Assembly (NCBI GenBank): GCA_965209155.1
Contig: OZ242383.1
Span: 32,001 to 96,000 of the forward strand
Direction: 5' to 3'
Length of the DNA: 64,000 bases
From: a bacterium
GTDB lineage: Bacteria > SAR324 > NAC60-12
How positions within the stretch are numbered: the stretch's first letter is position 1; each line of letters opens with the position of its first letter. A model generated the notes under the pieces. It worked only from the letters and a program-made list of their open reading frames with translations, was not told the DNA's origin and made no database searches. Positions 63,342-64,000 of this stretch are shown here, piece by piece. Position numbers and translations under genes: made by a program.

Positions 63342-64000
63342 TTAAATGGGATGGTCCGTGAATAAATCTTCTTCTGGAAAATCCTCATCGGAATCCGGCT
63401 TACCGGCCGCTTGCTGCTTTTCTTTCCAAAACCGAACAGCTTCGGCCCGAGCGGCCTCCTGATGGTAGAATCCCAAGGCAAAACGCGCCTGTTCAATCAT
63501 CACGAAAACACGCGGTAACTGCGGAGGTTGGCCCGAAGTTGTCGGTGTGATCCGTGAGCAAATCTCCGTGATATTCTCTCTGATTCGGTGGGCGGCTTTT
63601 TGGCCCTTTTCACCTTTCTGCCGCAACTTTTTTAGGTGATGTTGATGCAGTCGCCACAAAATGGAAAAAGCAGCGTTTGGATTCGTCGAGGCGGAGCCAT
63701 AATACCGCTCCGCAATGCTTGCCCCTTGTAGTTTTCCATCATGGGCGGATCGCTGGAGGCTGTTGAGAACCGATAATAAACGGCCGGAGTTGTAAGCAGG
63801 GTCATCAGTTTTTGCTGGTACATTTGATGGAATTTCCATGTTTGATTCCTTCCGATTTCGATGATGACGGTTGACGATAAGCCGAATTAGGGCAAATCGC
63901 GACTGGTCGTAGAGTGCCTTAGTTCCTTCCTTCGCTACATTGACTTGGAGCCGTTCCAACAACGGCTTCAGGAGGGTGATGGAGGGCGCACTGCCCGTCA
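63342..64000 (-). CDS. cas8c: Cas8c/Csd1, C-terminal part (runs off the window)
   Basis: PAYNSGRLL.VL..LQ, I.ERYYGSAS..P...F..L.RL..HHL.KL, Q.RFALGFYHQ. Confidence 0.9.
   Translation of the reverse strand, partial: TGSAPSITLLKPLLERLQVNVAKEGTKALYDQSRFALIRLIVNRHHRNRKESNMEIPSNVPAKTDDPAYNSGRLLSVLNSLQRSAHDGKLQGASIAERYYGSASTNPNAAFSILWRLHQHHLKKLRQKGEKGQKAAHRIRENITEICSRITPTTSGQPPQLPRVFVMIEQARFALGFYHQEAARAEAVRFWKEKQQAAGKPDSDEDFPEEDLFTDHPI

Overview
Bacterial genomic window in three parts. (1) 1-15.5 kb: mostly GC-rich housekeeping and metabolic genes (family-5 solute-binding protein with an in-frame stop, BrnT-type TA pair, molybdopterin oxidoreductase, acetoacetyl-CoA synthetase, YugP-type peptidase, scpB, acyl-CoA ligase, Gfo/Idh/MocA, nfeD plus two SPFH genes, Zn-ADH), interspersed with REP-like palindrome clusters. 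(2) 15.7-54.5 kb: a more AT-rich, heavily IS-scarred defence island. It holds a tightly coupled three-gene operon encoding a DpdA-like DNA/tRNA guanine transglycosylase, a NurA nuclease and a HerA ATPase; this is the best candidate for an undescribed system. It also holds an Rpn-like nuclease with an internal small ORF, a HigBA-type TA pair, a membrane-anchored HNH protein, an Mrr-like nuclease, a tcmP/DUF5131 pair, an IetAS-like AAA-ATPase/subtilase pair inside a decayed type III RM locus, type I and IIG RM remnants, a DUF2235 lipase, a group II intron 3' remnant, and many IS elements or remnants (IS1595, IS256, IS982, IS5, ISAzo13, IS1380, IS21, four RAYT-derived non-autonomous copies). (3) 54.5-64 kb: a type I-C CRISPR-Cas locus (cas8c partial, cas7, cas4, an inserted aspartyl-protease gene, cas1, cas2, leader, about 70 repeats) whose distal end is cut by an IS21 element. 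All calls come from manual motif recognition; no database searches were run. Some single-base frameshifts may be sequencing errors.
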